Shown here in pieces: positions 36,110 through 45,151 of a stretch of 47,811 nucleotides of DNA. The stretch comes from Candidatus Thalassarchaeaceae archaeon (GTDB lineage: Archaea > Thermoplasmatota > Poseidoniia > Poseidoniales > Thalassarchaeaceae), in assembly GCA_029250665.1 (NCBI GenBank), contig JAQXEV010000034.1:1-47811 (forward strand). Direction: 5' to 3'. Position numbers and translations under genes: made by a program. The stretch's first letter is position 1; every line of letters starts with the position of its first letter. The notes below the pieces were generated by a model, which did no database searches, was not told the DNA's origin, and was given only the letters and a program-made list of their open reading frames with translations.

Positions 36110-37690
36110 TCAATTGCCCAACCACATAGGGAGTGGCCTATCGTAGCCTACTAATCTCAGACCCGAGATAGCTGCGGTATCGTGGTCGAGGGCTCTGAGG
36201 TTTCGGCGATTCAAGTCTGCGAGGTCGCTGATGCCCAGTTCGCGCATCCAGCCTCGCAATGTGCCGTCAATCCAGGCTAGGGAGGCTTCGATGTCCTCGT
36301 TTGGAGCAGGAGCGACGAGAGCGGTGCAGCCTGCTCCTCGGGCGATTAGAAGGTCCTCCGCCGAGGGAGCTTCATCTATTTCGAGGAGGATTGTTCTTCC
36401 TTGATTCGGGAGATTCATCGCGCGTGCGACCAGACCAATTCGCGGCAGGGCCGCTGCAGCGCGCGAACCTCCTGCTGCGGCGACGTCGACCACTGCACCG
36501 TCGAGATCGAGGTCGACAACGAGTCGGAACAGGTGCTCAACTCGCGAGACACTATCCTTGATGAAGACCAGCGAATCATCAGCCATGCGGCTGTAGAGTG
36601 AGACGAGAAGAGCCTCAATTTCAGCGTCGTTTAGTGCTGGGAGATTGTTGAGGTCGAGAACCATTCCTGAGCAATTCTGTATTCGACTCGCAGCGTCGAG
36701 AAGATTCTCCTCATTGATTAGCATCAAATCATTACTGCGAGGCTCAGAAGTCACGATTCCGGGTTGCGCAACTCCATACTTGCCGGTTGCTGAAGTCATT
36801 CTCTCGGCTTCGACAATCCACGGTAGAGGTGCGAGCAAGCCGTTCTCATCCTGACCTGCGGGGAGGATGAGTGTCAAGGTGTCTAGAGCTGACTGATCTG
36901 AGAGTCGATCGTGCGCGGAAGGAACCAGAGTGATTCCTTCGAAGCCCTCTGCAACTGAATTCTCAGGAACTTCTCCAATCGGTGAACCGGTTTCGCTAGG
37001 GACGATTACCAAAGCATCGGAGTCGAGTTGTAAGCCAAGAGGCTCGAGATGCTCCGCTAATTCGTCAAGTTCGGCCGCTTCAATCGACCTCATCGCCGCT
37101 CCATCTCCTGGTGGTGGGCAAGATCCAGCGACGATTACGCGGCCGCCGACCATACTTCGCCCCGGTTCACTTCCAGTGCTACCGAGAATAACTACGGTTC
37201 CGCCTTCCATTGCGGCCCCTGAAGCCTTGCCTGCGTGTCCTCGGACAATTAGTAATCCGCCGCGCATTCCTGCGCCGGTTTCGTCGCCGGCAGAACCCTG
37301 AACGACTATCTCGCCGCCAGTCATTCGGTGACCAGAGCGGTCGCCAGCATCTCTTTCGATAGTGATTCGTCCTCCTCGCTGGAAGGCTCCCAACATCGAG
37401 GTACATCCACCTTGGAGAGTGAAGGTTCCACCATCGTTCATCGCGCCCGCGCATTCACCTAAATCACCGAGTAATAGTACTCTAGAATCCGCTGGAAGAT
37501 GGGTGATAACTCCTATCTCACCTTTCTTTGGTTTCTCATCGCCCTGCTTACCCCATCCTATGCGGACAAGCAGGTCGCGCTCAAGCGCCTGTTCGAGCAT
37601 CTTCCCAAGGTCCCGGTTGAGTTTGATGCTCTTCGCAGTGACGTCGCGCATGGTACTCCCCGACAGAGACGGCATGGCTGCGGTCTTCAT
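36110..37690 (-). CDS. GXGXG-motif domain protein (glutamate synthase alpha-subunit C-terminal domain-like) fused to a divergent glutamate-synthase FMN/TIM-barrel-like region
   Basis: The repeated beta-helix motif is 'GDLGECAGAMNDGGTFTLQGGCTSMLGAFQRGGRITIERDAGDRSGHRMTGGEIVVQGSAGDETGAGMRGGLLIVRGHAGKASGAAMEGGTVVILGSTGSEPGRSMVGGRVIVAG'. The C-terminal 'DGAVVDVAAAGGSRAAAAL...ILLEIDEAPSAEDLLIARGAGCTALV...WMRELGISDLADLNRRNL' follows the pattern of the GltB FMN domain, but the GGTGA and GG motifs are altered. The ORF extends to 37807; ATG at 37690 (MKTAAM) or 37651 is more likely because the divergent gap gene starts at 37819. Confidence 0.65.
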   Translation of the reverse strand: MKTAAMPSLSGSTMRDVTAKSIKLNRDLGKMLEQALERDLLVRIGWGKQGDEKPKKGEIGVITHLPADSRVLLLGDLGECAGAMNDGGTFTLQGGCTSMLGAFQRGGRITIERDAGDRSGHRMTGGEIVVQGSAGDETGAGMRGGLLIVRGHAGKASGAAMEGGTVVILGSTGSEPGRSMVGGRVIVAGSCPPPGDGAAMRSIEAAELDELAEHLEPLGLQLDSDALVIVPSETGSPIGEVPENSVAEGFEGITLVPSAHDRLSDQSALDTLTLILPAGQDENGLLAPLPWIVEAERMTSATGKYGVAQPGIVTSEPRSNDLMLINEENLLDAASRIQNCSGMVLDLNNLPALNDAEIEALLVSLYSRMADDSLVFIKDSVSRVEHLFRLVVDLDLDGAVVDVAAAGGSRAAAALPRIGLVARAMNLPNQGRTILLEIDEAPSAEDLLIARGAGCTALVAPAPNEDIEASLAWIDGTLRGWMRELGISDLADLNRRNLRALDHDTAAISGLRLVGYDRPLPMWLGN

Positions 37691-37818
37691 TCTGACGGGT
37701 ATGTTGCTACGGTGATTATGCATAATTTGCCGTTTTCCGCAGACCCGGCCTTCAAGAGCATAATTGATAGAGGGTAGGCTACGACAAGGAAACGCCAGAG
37801 GGCGCATGGGGCTTCACC

Positions 37819-38859
37819 ATGGGGAAAATCAAGGTAGCAATCAACGGATTCGGAACCATTGGTAAGCGTGTAGCTGACGCTGTCGATGCTCAGGACGATA
37901 TGGAAATTGTCGGTGTTACCAAGACCGGCCCTTCGTTTGGCTGCGACCTCGCTGTGAAGAAGGGCTTTCCACTCTACTGCACTTTCGATGATTCGGATCG
38001 AATCGCTTCGTTCGGTGAGCAGGGTTACGATTGCAAGGGCGGAATCTCCGATCTTCTTGCCGCAGCCGATGTAGTAGTCGATTGTGCTCCTGGAAAGATG
38101 GGTGCAGACAATCTCGCGAAGTACAAGGCTGCGGGCATTAAGCATATGTTCCAGGGTGGCGAGAAACACACCCTGACCGGACTGTCATACACCTCGTGCG
38201 CAAACCACGCAGCCAACCTCAATGCCGAGGGTTCTCGAGTCGTCTCATGCAATACCACCGGGCTCTCGCGAACTCTCGTACCACTGTACGACCACTGTGG
38301 CTCGCTCAAAGTCGAGTGCACGATGATCCGCCGAGCCGCCGACCCAGGTGACTCCAAGAAAGGACCGATTAACGCAATCAAGCCTGTTCTGAAGGTGCCT
38401 AGCCACCACGGTCCAGATGTGATGACGGTCAAGCCAGAAATAGAGATTAACTCGCTTGCAGTTGCCGTTCCTACCACTATAATGCACGTCCACTCCATCG
38501 TTGCCGACCTTCCCTCAGGACATGGCCTGACCACCGAGTCTGTCATCGATATGTGGAAGAACCAGCCGCGAGTCATCGTTATGCATGGTGCTGAGAACAG
38601 AATTACTACCACAGCGGAAGTCATGGAGATGGCTCGCGACATCGGCCGTAAGTGGGGGGATTTGCACGAGATCTTCGTTTGGGAGGATGGAGTGAAACTT
38701 GTTGGCGATCGCCTCTACTACTTCCAAGCCATTCATCAAGAGAGCGATGTCATCCCCGAGAATGTCGATTGTATCCGCGCCCTGATGGGGACTGAAACCG
38801 ATTGGCGTGCATCGGTTGCGAAGACCGATGCTGCCATCGATGCTTACTACGGATTGTGA
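37819..38859 (+). CDS. gap: Glyceraldehyde-3-phosphate dehydrogenase, archaeal type II
   Basis: 'KIKVAINGFGTIGKRVADAV' is the Rossmann motif and 'VVSCNTTGLSR' carries the catalytic Cys. The length of 346 aa fits. Confidence 0.92.
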   Translation: MGKIKVAINGFGTIGKRVADAVDAQDDMEIVGVTKTGPSFGCDLAVKKGFPLYCTFDDSDRIASFGEQGYDCKGGISDLLAAADVVVDCAPGKMGADNLAKYKAAGIKHMFQGGEKHTLTGLSYTSCANHAANLNAEGSRVVSCNTTGLSRTLVPLYDHCGSLKVECTMIRRAADPGDSKKGPINAIKPVLKVPSHHGPDVMTVKPEIEINSLAVAVPTTIMHVHSIVADLPSGHGLTTESVIDMWKNQPRVIVMHGAENRITTTAEVMEMARDIGRKWGDLHEIFVWEDGVKLVGDRLYYFQAIHQESDVIPENVDCIRALMGTETDWRASVAKTDAAIDAYYGL

Positions 38860-38899
38860 GCGCTCTAGAGTTCCTCTATCACCACTTGATTCTAGTTCC

Positions 38900-38970
38900 A
38901 AAATCACCCGGAATTTTTCGTTCTGAGAGGTGATTTTGAGTGATTTTCATCGATTGACCTATGGTCAATC
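38900..38970 (+). promoter_or_regulatory. Cluster of short repeats upstream of the giant S8 protease gene: three copies of GTGATTTT (one inverted) and a 19-bp palindrome
   Basis: 'aaaatcac' at 38900-38907 is the inverted copy. 'gtgatttt' occurs at 38930-38937 and 38940-38947, a 10-bp phasing. The palindrome 'gattgacc tat ggtcaatc' spans 38952-38970, 41 nt upstream of the ATG at 39011. Confidence 0.35.
38914..38918 (+). terminator. Oligo-T tract (T5), candidate archaeal terminator for gap
   Basis: 'gaatttttcg' lies 55 nt after the gap stop codon, and further T4 runs occur at 38934-38937 and 38944-38947. Archaeal RNA polymerase terminates at oligo-T tracts. Confidence 0.3.
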
Positions 38971-39010
38971 AACATGAACGGTCAAAAGCCCCTCAAGGTT
39001 CCGTGTACCC

Positions 39011-42000
39011 ATGAATGACCGCCGCTTGGTACTCATGACTCTAGTCATGCTTGTATTGAGCGGTTGGTCAACGGGAATAGCATCAGCGTCGGCAACCGAA
39101 GAGGCTAGTACTACTCAGTACGCCGAATATCCGAGTGAAGAAGCACTTTTCCAAGCGTTTTCAATAGTTCATGAATCAACACATGAATTACGCCGATCTA
39201 GTGGTTTTATCCACTCCCCTTATGGCACATTTGACCCGGTGGAGCAGCCGATTCCACTCGGACCAGAGAATCTCTTCGATTTAGCCGCTCTAGAAAGGAC
39301 TCGATTTGCCCTCGTTCAATCGACTTCAGCCGACTTGACTGGATTAAGTCAGACGTTGTCTGAACTCGGTATGGTAATCATCGAGACCATTCCTGACGAT
39401 ACCTTCCTCATTCGAATTCCAATGCAATTCGATGCCTCAACTACCCTCAGTGAACTCAGCAATCTCGACGAGGTTCGATGGGCTGGTCATTTACCAATAG
39501 CTTGGCGAGTAAGTCCGGAAGTTGCGGTACTCGCAGGAAGGGAGTCGATAACGGTGGATCTCGACTTGACACCGACTCCAGATCTCACTCAGGCCGAGCT
39601 TCAAAGTTTGCAAGCAGACCTGATATCTATTTCCGGTGAAATCGGCCCTCGATCGGTTTGCGATGCCCATCTTTGCCAACCACGGGCGGTTAACGCCCTC
39701 TGGTTGCCGATTCTAGCAATGGATGGAAGAATACTCCACATTCACGAGGCCTCAAGAATTACCATTCACAACTCAGTTGCCAGTGATGTCTCAGGAATCA
39801 GCCAAGCACTAATCGACTCGGGAAATACGCTCAACGGTAGCGGCGAAGTCATCGCTATATCAGACACTGGACTCGATGCGGACCACGGAGATTTCGAGGG
39901 GCGGATCCGTGGGATTTACCACCAATTCGGACCTGATAATTCTGCCCTTGATCGAAACTCAGGTCACGGGACTCACGTCGCTGCGACTCTCTTGGGTGAT
40001 GGCTCTGGCGACATGTCCGCTCTGGGAATGGTTCCAGCTGCCTCGTTCCACTTCTACCAACTCGAGGTCGATTCTTCGGGTTTACTTGCTCGATGGGGTT
40101 CATTGTATGACATGTTCACTCACTCTTGGCAGAATTCTGCTCGAATCCAAACCAACTCGTGGGGCAATGATAATCTCGCAGGTCAGTACAGTTCTGATTC
40201 TCGCTCTGCCGACAGCTTCATCTTCGATAATCCGCGATTCCTCGTTCTCTTCTCCGCTGGCGACTTGGGTGCGGATGGTTCCAATACCGTGACCCCACCC
40301 GGATCCGCCAAGAACGTCCTGACTATCGGTGCCTCGACAACTGGTGCAGCAGGCTCGGACCCTGCCGGTAGTGTCTCAGACTTCTCATCGATAGGCACGA
40401 CGCTTGATGGCCGAATCAAACCGGATTTGGTTGCACCGGGAGTCATGCTCTGTTCGGCGCAAGCCGAGGAGGCAGAGAGTGCGCAGGGTGAATCTTGTTC
40501 CAGCTCGACCCACGACGATGGAGTGACTCCTCTGTACATGACTCTGAACGGCTCATCGATGGCCACAGCTGTCGCAGCGGGCGGGGTAGCGATGGTCCGG
40601 CAACATCTCAGGACTGTAGAGGGAATTACAGAACCACGCTCAGACCTGCTCAAGGCACTTCTGATCAACGGAGCCGAAGACCTCGGCACAGAAAATGTCC
40701 CTAACCCATCCGAGGGCTGGGGGCAAATCGACGTGGCGAATTCGATTTCTCCATCTCATGACGGAACAGACCTCGACCTATTCTACGATGATTCGAGAGA
40801 ACTCGACCCGGCTCACAGCTTCGTCTATACTTTCACTGTTGATTCAACAACCGATCTCGACATTACCCTTGCTTGGGTAGATTCTGAAGCATCAACTATC
40901 TCTAATCACACAGCCTCCAAATTAGTCAACGACCTCGATCTTTCGGCGACTGCACCCGACGGCACCGTCTATCTTGGCAATGTATTCACCAGTGGTTACT
41001 CAACAATTGGAGGTGCCCCCGACCGACTGAATAATGTCGAACGAATCAAAGTTCCAGCGGGAGACAGTGGCCTTTGGACGATTACAATCGGTCACGCAGG
41101 AGGCATGTCCCAAGGCTTCTCATTAGTCGCTACAGGTCTGTTAGCGGAGGAGAATACCGCAGACCTCGCCGTTTTCGAGGGATCACTCTCGACTTCGATA
41201 CTCGCTCCACTGCAAGGCGACACAATCCTCGTCGAAGCCGCATGGCGTAACCAAGCAGGCCAAGCCAGCGGGGCCTACACAATAGAGGTTGAAGACCTGA
41301 CCGAGGGCACCATTCTCTACACCTCCGATAGGGCTTCTCTAGCCGGAGGTGCAACCACCTCGCTATCATTCCCGCACGTCTTCCAGACGACGGGAGATCA
41401 CATCCTCGAACTCCGGCTCGACACCGGTGATTCGGTCACGGAACTCAACGATGAGACAAACGGTCTAGACAATAACAGATACCAATTGACCGTGGAAATC
41501 TCTCAAATCGGAGTGCGAATCACTCCTCTGATGGAAGATGGTTCTTTACCTGAATCTCCTCTTGAACTTGAGCAAGCAATGACTCGTACCCTCGACCCGA
41601 GCACAGGCAGCATAATCACCTACGAATTCCAACTGAAGAATGAGGGTACATCCGAAGTGACGGTTGGATTGTCGGTCACTCCTCTCCAAAGAATTGACGA
41701 GAATGGTATTCTACAGGCACCAAAAGATGAGTGGTGGAAACTGCTCAATGAGTCTGCACCATGGGATCTTGCAGCCTTCGGAGAAGAAGGTGATTCAACG
41801 ATAGTCACTCTAACTCTCGAAGATGTCGACGCAGACCTGACTAATCCATCAGGGGCTCGATATGCTCTACCAGGAACGTTCGTCAACAATTTGAACCTCT
41901 TCGATAAGAACGCCCCGACGATTTCTCATACAATCAGAATTACATCAGTCGTCGAGAGAATCGAAGGCCTCTACACAATCCTCGCTGGAACTGGAGACGA

Positions 42001-43798
42001 CCTTGGGGCGAAGCCGGGTCAAACAGCAACATTCTCACTTTCAATCAGGAATACAGGTAACGGAGACACTCAGTATTCTGTTAGCTGTTCGAGCCCGAAT
42101 CAGTGGATTGTTCAAGTAGGTGCCACTCAATCCTCTTCGATTGTCCTCGATCCTCTGAGCCGACTGCAATTCCTACCTCTACCGATTCACGTCCAAGTTC
42201 CTTCTGCGCAAGGCGGTTCTCCGGCCGCTGGGTTAACGGAGGATGTCAGTTGTGTAACGACATCGATTCAGGATTCGAGTGTTTCTGCAACAGATCTTGC
42301 GACCGTGAATGTCTTTGAGAGTCTCGATTTCACGGTCGACCTCATCAATGAAGATGGTGTAATTCTTGGAGCCTTGGCATTAGCTGAGGATAGGGCCGTT
42401 TTGAACGGCGAACTTTCTGAGACGACAGTGTTAGTATCGAACGATGGCAATGTACCTATGGATTTCACGATAACAGTCAGTTCCTCACTCAATACCTGGG
42501 CAGCACAATTCGTTCTAGGCGGGGAAGAATTCATTGGTGAACTTGATTTCTCAATCCCAGCCGGAGACACGGAAACAATCACGCTTCAGATGATGGTTCC
42601 AATGAACGCAGAGATGAATACTCGCAACACACTCACACTGAGAACTACTCTGATTGGCAGCGAAATGGTGACCAATGGAACGCGATTCATCGTACAGGAA
42701 ATCGCTTCTCTCGAGACGTCAGATAATCCCCAAATATCGGTCTCTCTTGGGCAGACCGGTACAGCCGATGTATGGATCAGAAACGCTGGTAATGTGCCAC
42801 TGACTCTGACTTGGAGCATCGGTAGCCTCCCTCATGGTTGGGTCGGTGGATTCCAATCGATTATCCCTACCTCGCTCGACATGAATAGGGAGGCTCTGGT
42901 TACTGTTGGTTTGGACGTGCCTGGCAACTTACACGTCGGCCTCACCGACGGAATTGTCCCGGTTATTGTTGAGGCGGTCACTCCAGGGATGGAAACGGTG
43001 ATTCACACCTTCGAACTCGAAGTCGAAATTGTTCCGTCGATCTGGGTTGTGATGACTACCGAAGATATGACCCTGAACGACATTAGTTCCGGGTCATCTG
43101 GCTCATTCAGGATTCTTGTTGAGAATCTTGGAAATTCGGATTCGGGATTCACATTCGAGACTAGTTCATTGGCTGATTGGAGCTTCAATATCAATCCGAC
43201 CTCAGTCGAGATGATTCCAGCGGCTGGTTCAATCGAGATTATTGTCAGAGCGACTCCATCATCGTCTGCTTCTCTTGGACTCACGAGTTTCGTCCTCTGG
43301 GCGAATTCGACCGACGACGGCTCATCGAATTCCATTACCAACGAAGAGTTGGAGCTAGAAATTTCTCGCGCGCGCGATGATTCTTGCAGCGGTATCGGTT
43401 GTCTGATGGTCCAATTGGGTCTACCAAAATGGTCACTCGCGCTAATCTTCCTTGTCGTTCTCGCAGGTGTTGGTGTGACTCTAGTTCGCATGCGTCGTGA
43501 GTCGGCAGCGGCCATGAGTCCGGATGAAGAATTGATTCCGGTTGGATCTGCGCTCCATTCTGGATCGCAGGTCGAGCGCCGAGAGATGGCATTGGAGACG
43601 AGTTCAGCAGGAGAGGTTCTGAGCAAGAATGTCAGTGATGACGAGATTTCGAACGTGTTGGCCTCAAGCTTGCCTAAACTATCTCTGCCACCCGTTCCAC
43701 CCGGTGCAATGCCTCTACCACCGAGTGGCCTGCCAGATGGTTGGACGATGGACCAGTGGGTCGCATACGGTCATATCTGGCATGAGCAGAACAAGTGA
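39011..43798 (+). CDS. Giant (1595 aa) secreted subtilisin-like serine protease (S8) with many CARDB-like beta-sandwich domains, C-terminal TM and cytoplasmic tail
   Basis: Signal peptide 'LVLMTLVMLVLSGWSTGIASASA'. S8 motifs are 'IAISDTGLDADHGDF' (Asp), 'SGHGTHVAATLLGDG' (His) and 'LNGSSMATAVAAGGVAM' (Ser). The oxyanion-hole position reads 'LFSAGDLG' (Asp at 40262-40264 in place of Asn). CARDB-like motifs include 'LKNEGTSEVTV', 'IRNTGNGDTQYSV', 'VSNDGNVPMDFTI', 'IRNAGNVPLTLTW' and 'VENLGNSDSGFTF'. The TM segment is 'LALIFLVVLAGVGVTLV'. Confidence 0.85.
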   Translation: MNDRRLVLMTLVMLVLSGWSTGIASASATEEASTTQYAEYPSEEALFQAFSIVHESTHELRRSSGFIHSPYGTFDPVEQPIPLGPENLFDLAALERTRFALVQSTSADLTGLSQTLSELGMVIIETIPDDTFLIRIPMQFDASTTLSELSNLDEVRWAGHLPIAWRVSPEVAVLAGRESITVDLDLTPTPDLTQAELQSLQADLISISGEIGPRSVCDAHLCQPRAVNALWLPILAMDGRILHIHEASRITIHNSVASDVSGISQALIDSGNTLNGSGEVIAISDTGLDADHGDFEGRIRGIYHQFGPDNSALDRNSGHGTHVAATLLGDGSGDMSALGMVPAASFHFYQLEVDSSGLLARWGSLYDMFTHSWQNSARIQTNSWGNDNLAGQYSSDSRSADSFIFDNPRFLVLFSAGDLGADGSNTVTPPGSAKNVLTIGASTTGAAGSDPAGSVSDFSSIGTTLDGRIKPDLVAPGVMLCSAQAEEAESAQGESCSSSTHDDGVTPLYMTLNGSSMATAVAAGGVAMVRQHLRTVEGITEPRSDLLKALLINGAEDLGTENVPNPSEGWGQIDVANSISPSHDGTDLDLFYDDSRELDPAHSFVYTFTVDSTTDLDITLAWVDSEASTISNHTASKLVNDLDLSATAPDGTVYLGNVFTSGYSTIGGAPDRLNNVERIKVPAGDSGLWTITIGHAGGMSQGFSLVATGLLAEENTADLAVFEGSLSTSILAPLQGDTILVEAAWRNQAGQASGAYTIEVEDLTEGTILYTSDRASLAGGATTSLSFPHVFQTTGDHILELRLDTGDSVTELNDETNGLDNNRYQLTVEISQIGVRITPLMEDGSLPESPLELEQAMTRTLDPSTGSIITYEFQLKNEGTSEVTVGLSVTPLQRIDENGILQAPKDEWWKLLNESAPWDLAAFGEEGDSTIVTLTLEDVDADLTNPSGARYALPGTFVNNLNLFDKNAPTISHTIRITSVVERIEGLYTILAGTGDDLGAKPGQTATFSLSIRNTGNGDTQYSVSCSSPNQWIVQVGATQSSSIVLDPLSRLQFLPLPIHVQVPSAQGGSPAAGLTEDVSCVTTSIQDSSVSATDLATVNVFESLDFTVDLINEDGVILGALALAEDRAVLNGELSETTVLVSNDGNVPMDFTITVSSSLNTWAAQFVLGGEEFIGELDFSIPAGDTETITLQMMVPMNAEMNTRNTLTLRTTLIGSEMVTNGTRFIVQEIASLETSDNPQISVSLGQTGTADVWIRNAGNVPLTLTWSIGSLPHGWVGGFQSIIPTSLDMNREALVTVGLDVPGNLHVGLTDGIVPVIVEAVTPGMETVIHTFELEVEIVPSIWVVMTTEDMTLNDISSGSSGSFRILVENLGNSDSGFTFETSSLADWSFNINPTSVEMIPAAGSIEIIVRATPSSSASLGLTSFVLWANSTDDGSSNSITNEELELEISRARDDSCSGIGCLMVQLGLPKWSLALIFLVVLAGVGVTLVRMRRESAAAMSPDEELIPVGSALHSGSQVERREMALETSSAGEVLSKNVSDDEISNVLASSLPKLSLPPVPPGAMPLPPSGLPDGWTMDQWVAYGHIWHEQNK

Positions 43799-43842
43799 AC
43801 TAACTCAGGGTCTGCCTTAAGACCGCGAGACGGCTGGCGTGT

Positions 43843-44472
43843 ATGATGGTAGGATCGATAGTTCTCTTCGGGCCTCCAGGGGCGGGCAAAGGCACCCAAG
43901 CGGGTCGTATCGTCGATCTCACAGGTAAGCCTCAGGTATCCACAGGAGACATGCTTCGATCGGCTGTCAAGGCAGGTTCTCCTATGGGGATGGCCGCGAA
44001 GAAATTCATGGATGCTGGTCTACTCGTTCCCGATGAGGTAATCATCGGCCTGATAGAGGAGAGATTGCAGGAGGATGACGCTGACTCCGGCGTCCTATTC
44101 GATGGCTTTCCAAGAACGATTCCTCAGGCCGAATCTCTTGAGAGGATTGCCGATGTCACTTCGGTAATTTCGATTGAGGTTCCTGACGACGCAATAGTCG
44201 AGCGAATCGTCGGGCGTAGAATGGATCCTGAGACGGGCGAAATCTACCATGTCACTTTCAAACCGGCTCCCACTGAGATCGAATCTAGGCTCATCCAGCG
44301 TCCTGATGATAACGAGGATACAGTTCGAGCCAGGCTCGAGGCTTATCACACACAGACCGCTCCACTTGCGGATTGGTATGCTGAACGTGGCTTGCTAATC
44401 AGCATCGATGGAAATGCTTCCATCGAAGAGGTCGGCTCCTCTGTCGAGGCCGCCGTAAGAACCAACGATTGA
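43843..44472 (+). CDS. adk: Adenylate kinase (bacterial/eukaryotic-type monomeric Adk; lid without Cys4 zinc site)
   Basis: P-loop 'LFGPPGAGKGTQA', plus 'STGDMLR', 'LFDGFPRT' and 'QRPDDNEDTVRARLEAYHTQTAPL'. Confidence 0.92.
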   Translation: MMVGSIVLFGPPGAGKGTQAGRIVDLTGKPQVSTGDMLRSAVKAGSPMGMAAKKFMDAGLLVPDEVIIGLIEERLQEDDADSGVLFDGFPRTIPQAESLERIADVTSVISIEVPDDAIVERIVGRRMDPETGEIYHVTFKPAPTEIESRLIQRPDDNEDTVRARLEAYHTQTAPLADWYAERGLLISIDGNASIEEVGSSVEAAVRTND

Positions 44473-44477
44473 GGTGA
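44471..44477 (+). promoter_or_regulatory. Shine-Dalgarno-like GAGGTGA upstream of rnp4, overlapping the adk stop codon
   Basis: 'gaggtga' lies 4 nt upstream of the ATG at 44482. Confidence 0.5.
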
Positions 44478-44481
44478 TTGA

Positions 44482-44808
44482 ATGGCAGGTCGCAGAAAGG
44501 GTCGTGATGCCGCCTCACGCCGAAAGAGGGCGGAGAAAGCCGTCGATCATCTCGCTTCATTAATCGACGGCTCAAACTCATCAAATCAAACTCTAGGCGA
44601 CTCAGCAGCTCGTGACCTCTTGAGAACCACCAAGCGACACGGTGTCCGCGCGCCCGCTGAACTCAGAAGCAAAATTTGCAGAACATGTCAGCAGACATTG
44701 GTCCCTGGTCGTAACGCTCGCGTTAGAATTGAATCTCGAGTGCGGAAAACGACTTGCCTCGATTGTGGTAGAGTCATCCGCACTAAACTCACAGTGGAGG
44801 GTGAATGA
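44482..44808 (+). CDS. rnp4: RNase P protein component 4 (Rpp21/RNP4 family)
   Basis: A basic helical N-terminus is followed by the zinc ribbon 'CRTCQQTLVPGRNARVRIESRVRKTTCLDCGRV', which is typical of Rpp21. Confidence 0.8.
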   Translation: MAGRRKGRDAASRRKRAEKAVDHLASLIDGSNSSNQTLGDSAARDLLRTTKRHGVRAPAELRSKICRTCQQTLVPGRNARVRIESRVRKTTCLDCGRVIRTKLTVEGE

Positions 44809-45080
44809 TGTCGTCGATTCCAAAGCGCATTAAGCGGCAGGCTATGGATAGCGATCTCATTATCTCAGTCAGGATAGGTAGGAATGGTTTGACCGAGTCT
44901 CTAGTCCAGGACATGCACGACCAATTGAGCAAACGTGGCCTTGTCAAGGTCAAAGCGAACAGAGGTATTGTCGAGGGCTCTGAAGAGCGCCTGGGGCTAT
45001 TTGGCGCAATAGCAGAGAGTACCAATTCACAAGTTGTTTTCCAGCGAGGAAATGTAGCGGTATTCTGGTCTGGCGAATGA
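44805..45080 (+). CDS. CRM-domain (YhbY/CRS1-like) RNA-binding protein
   Basis: 'ISVRIGRNGLTESLVQDMHDQLSKRGLVKVK' matches the YhbY core (GKnGlT..v..ei...L..heLiKvk). Its ATG overlaps the rnp4 TGA as ATGA (44805-44808). Confidence 0.75.
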   Translation: MMSSIPKRIKRQAMDSDLIISVRIGRNGLTESLVQDMHDQLSKRGLVKVKANRGIVEGSEERLGLFGAIAESTNSQVVFQRGNVAVFWSGE

Positions 45081-45151
45081 GGTCCAATCCTCAATGATTT
45101 CGGGCTTCTTTGATAGTGAGTTATTTAGACACATCAAAGGTCGGCGATTCA

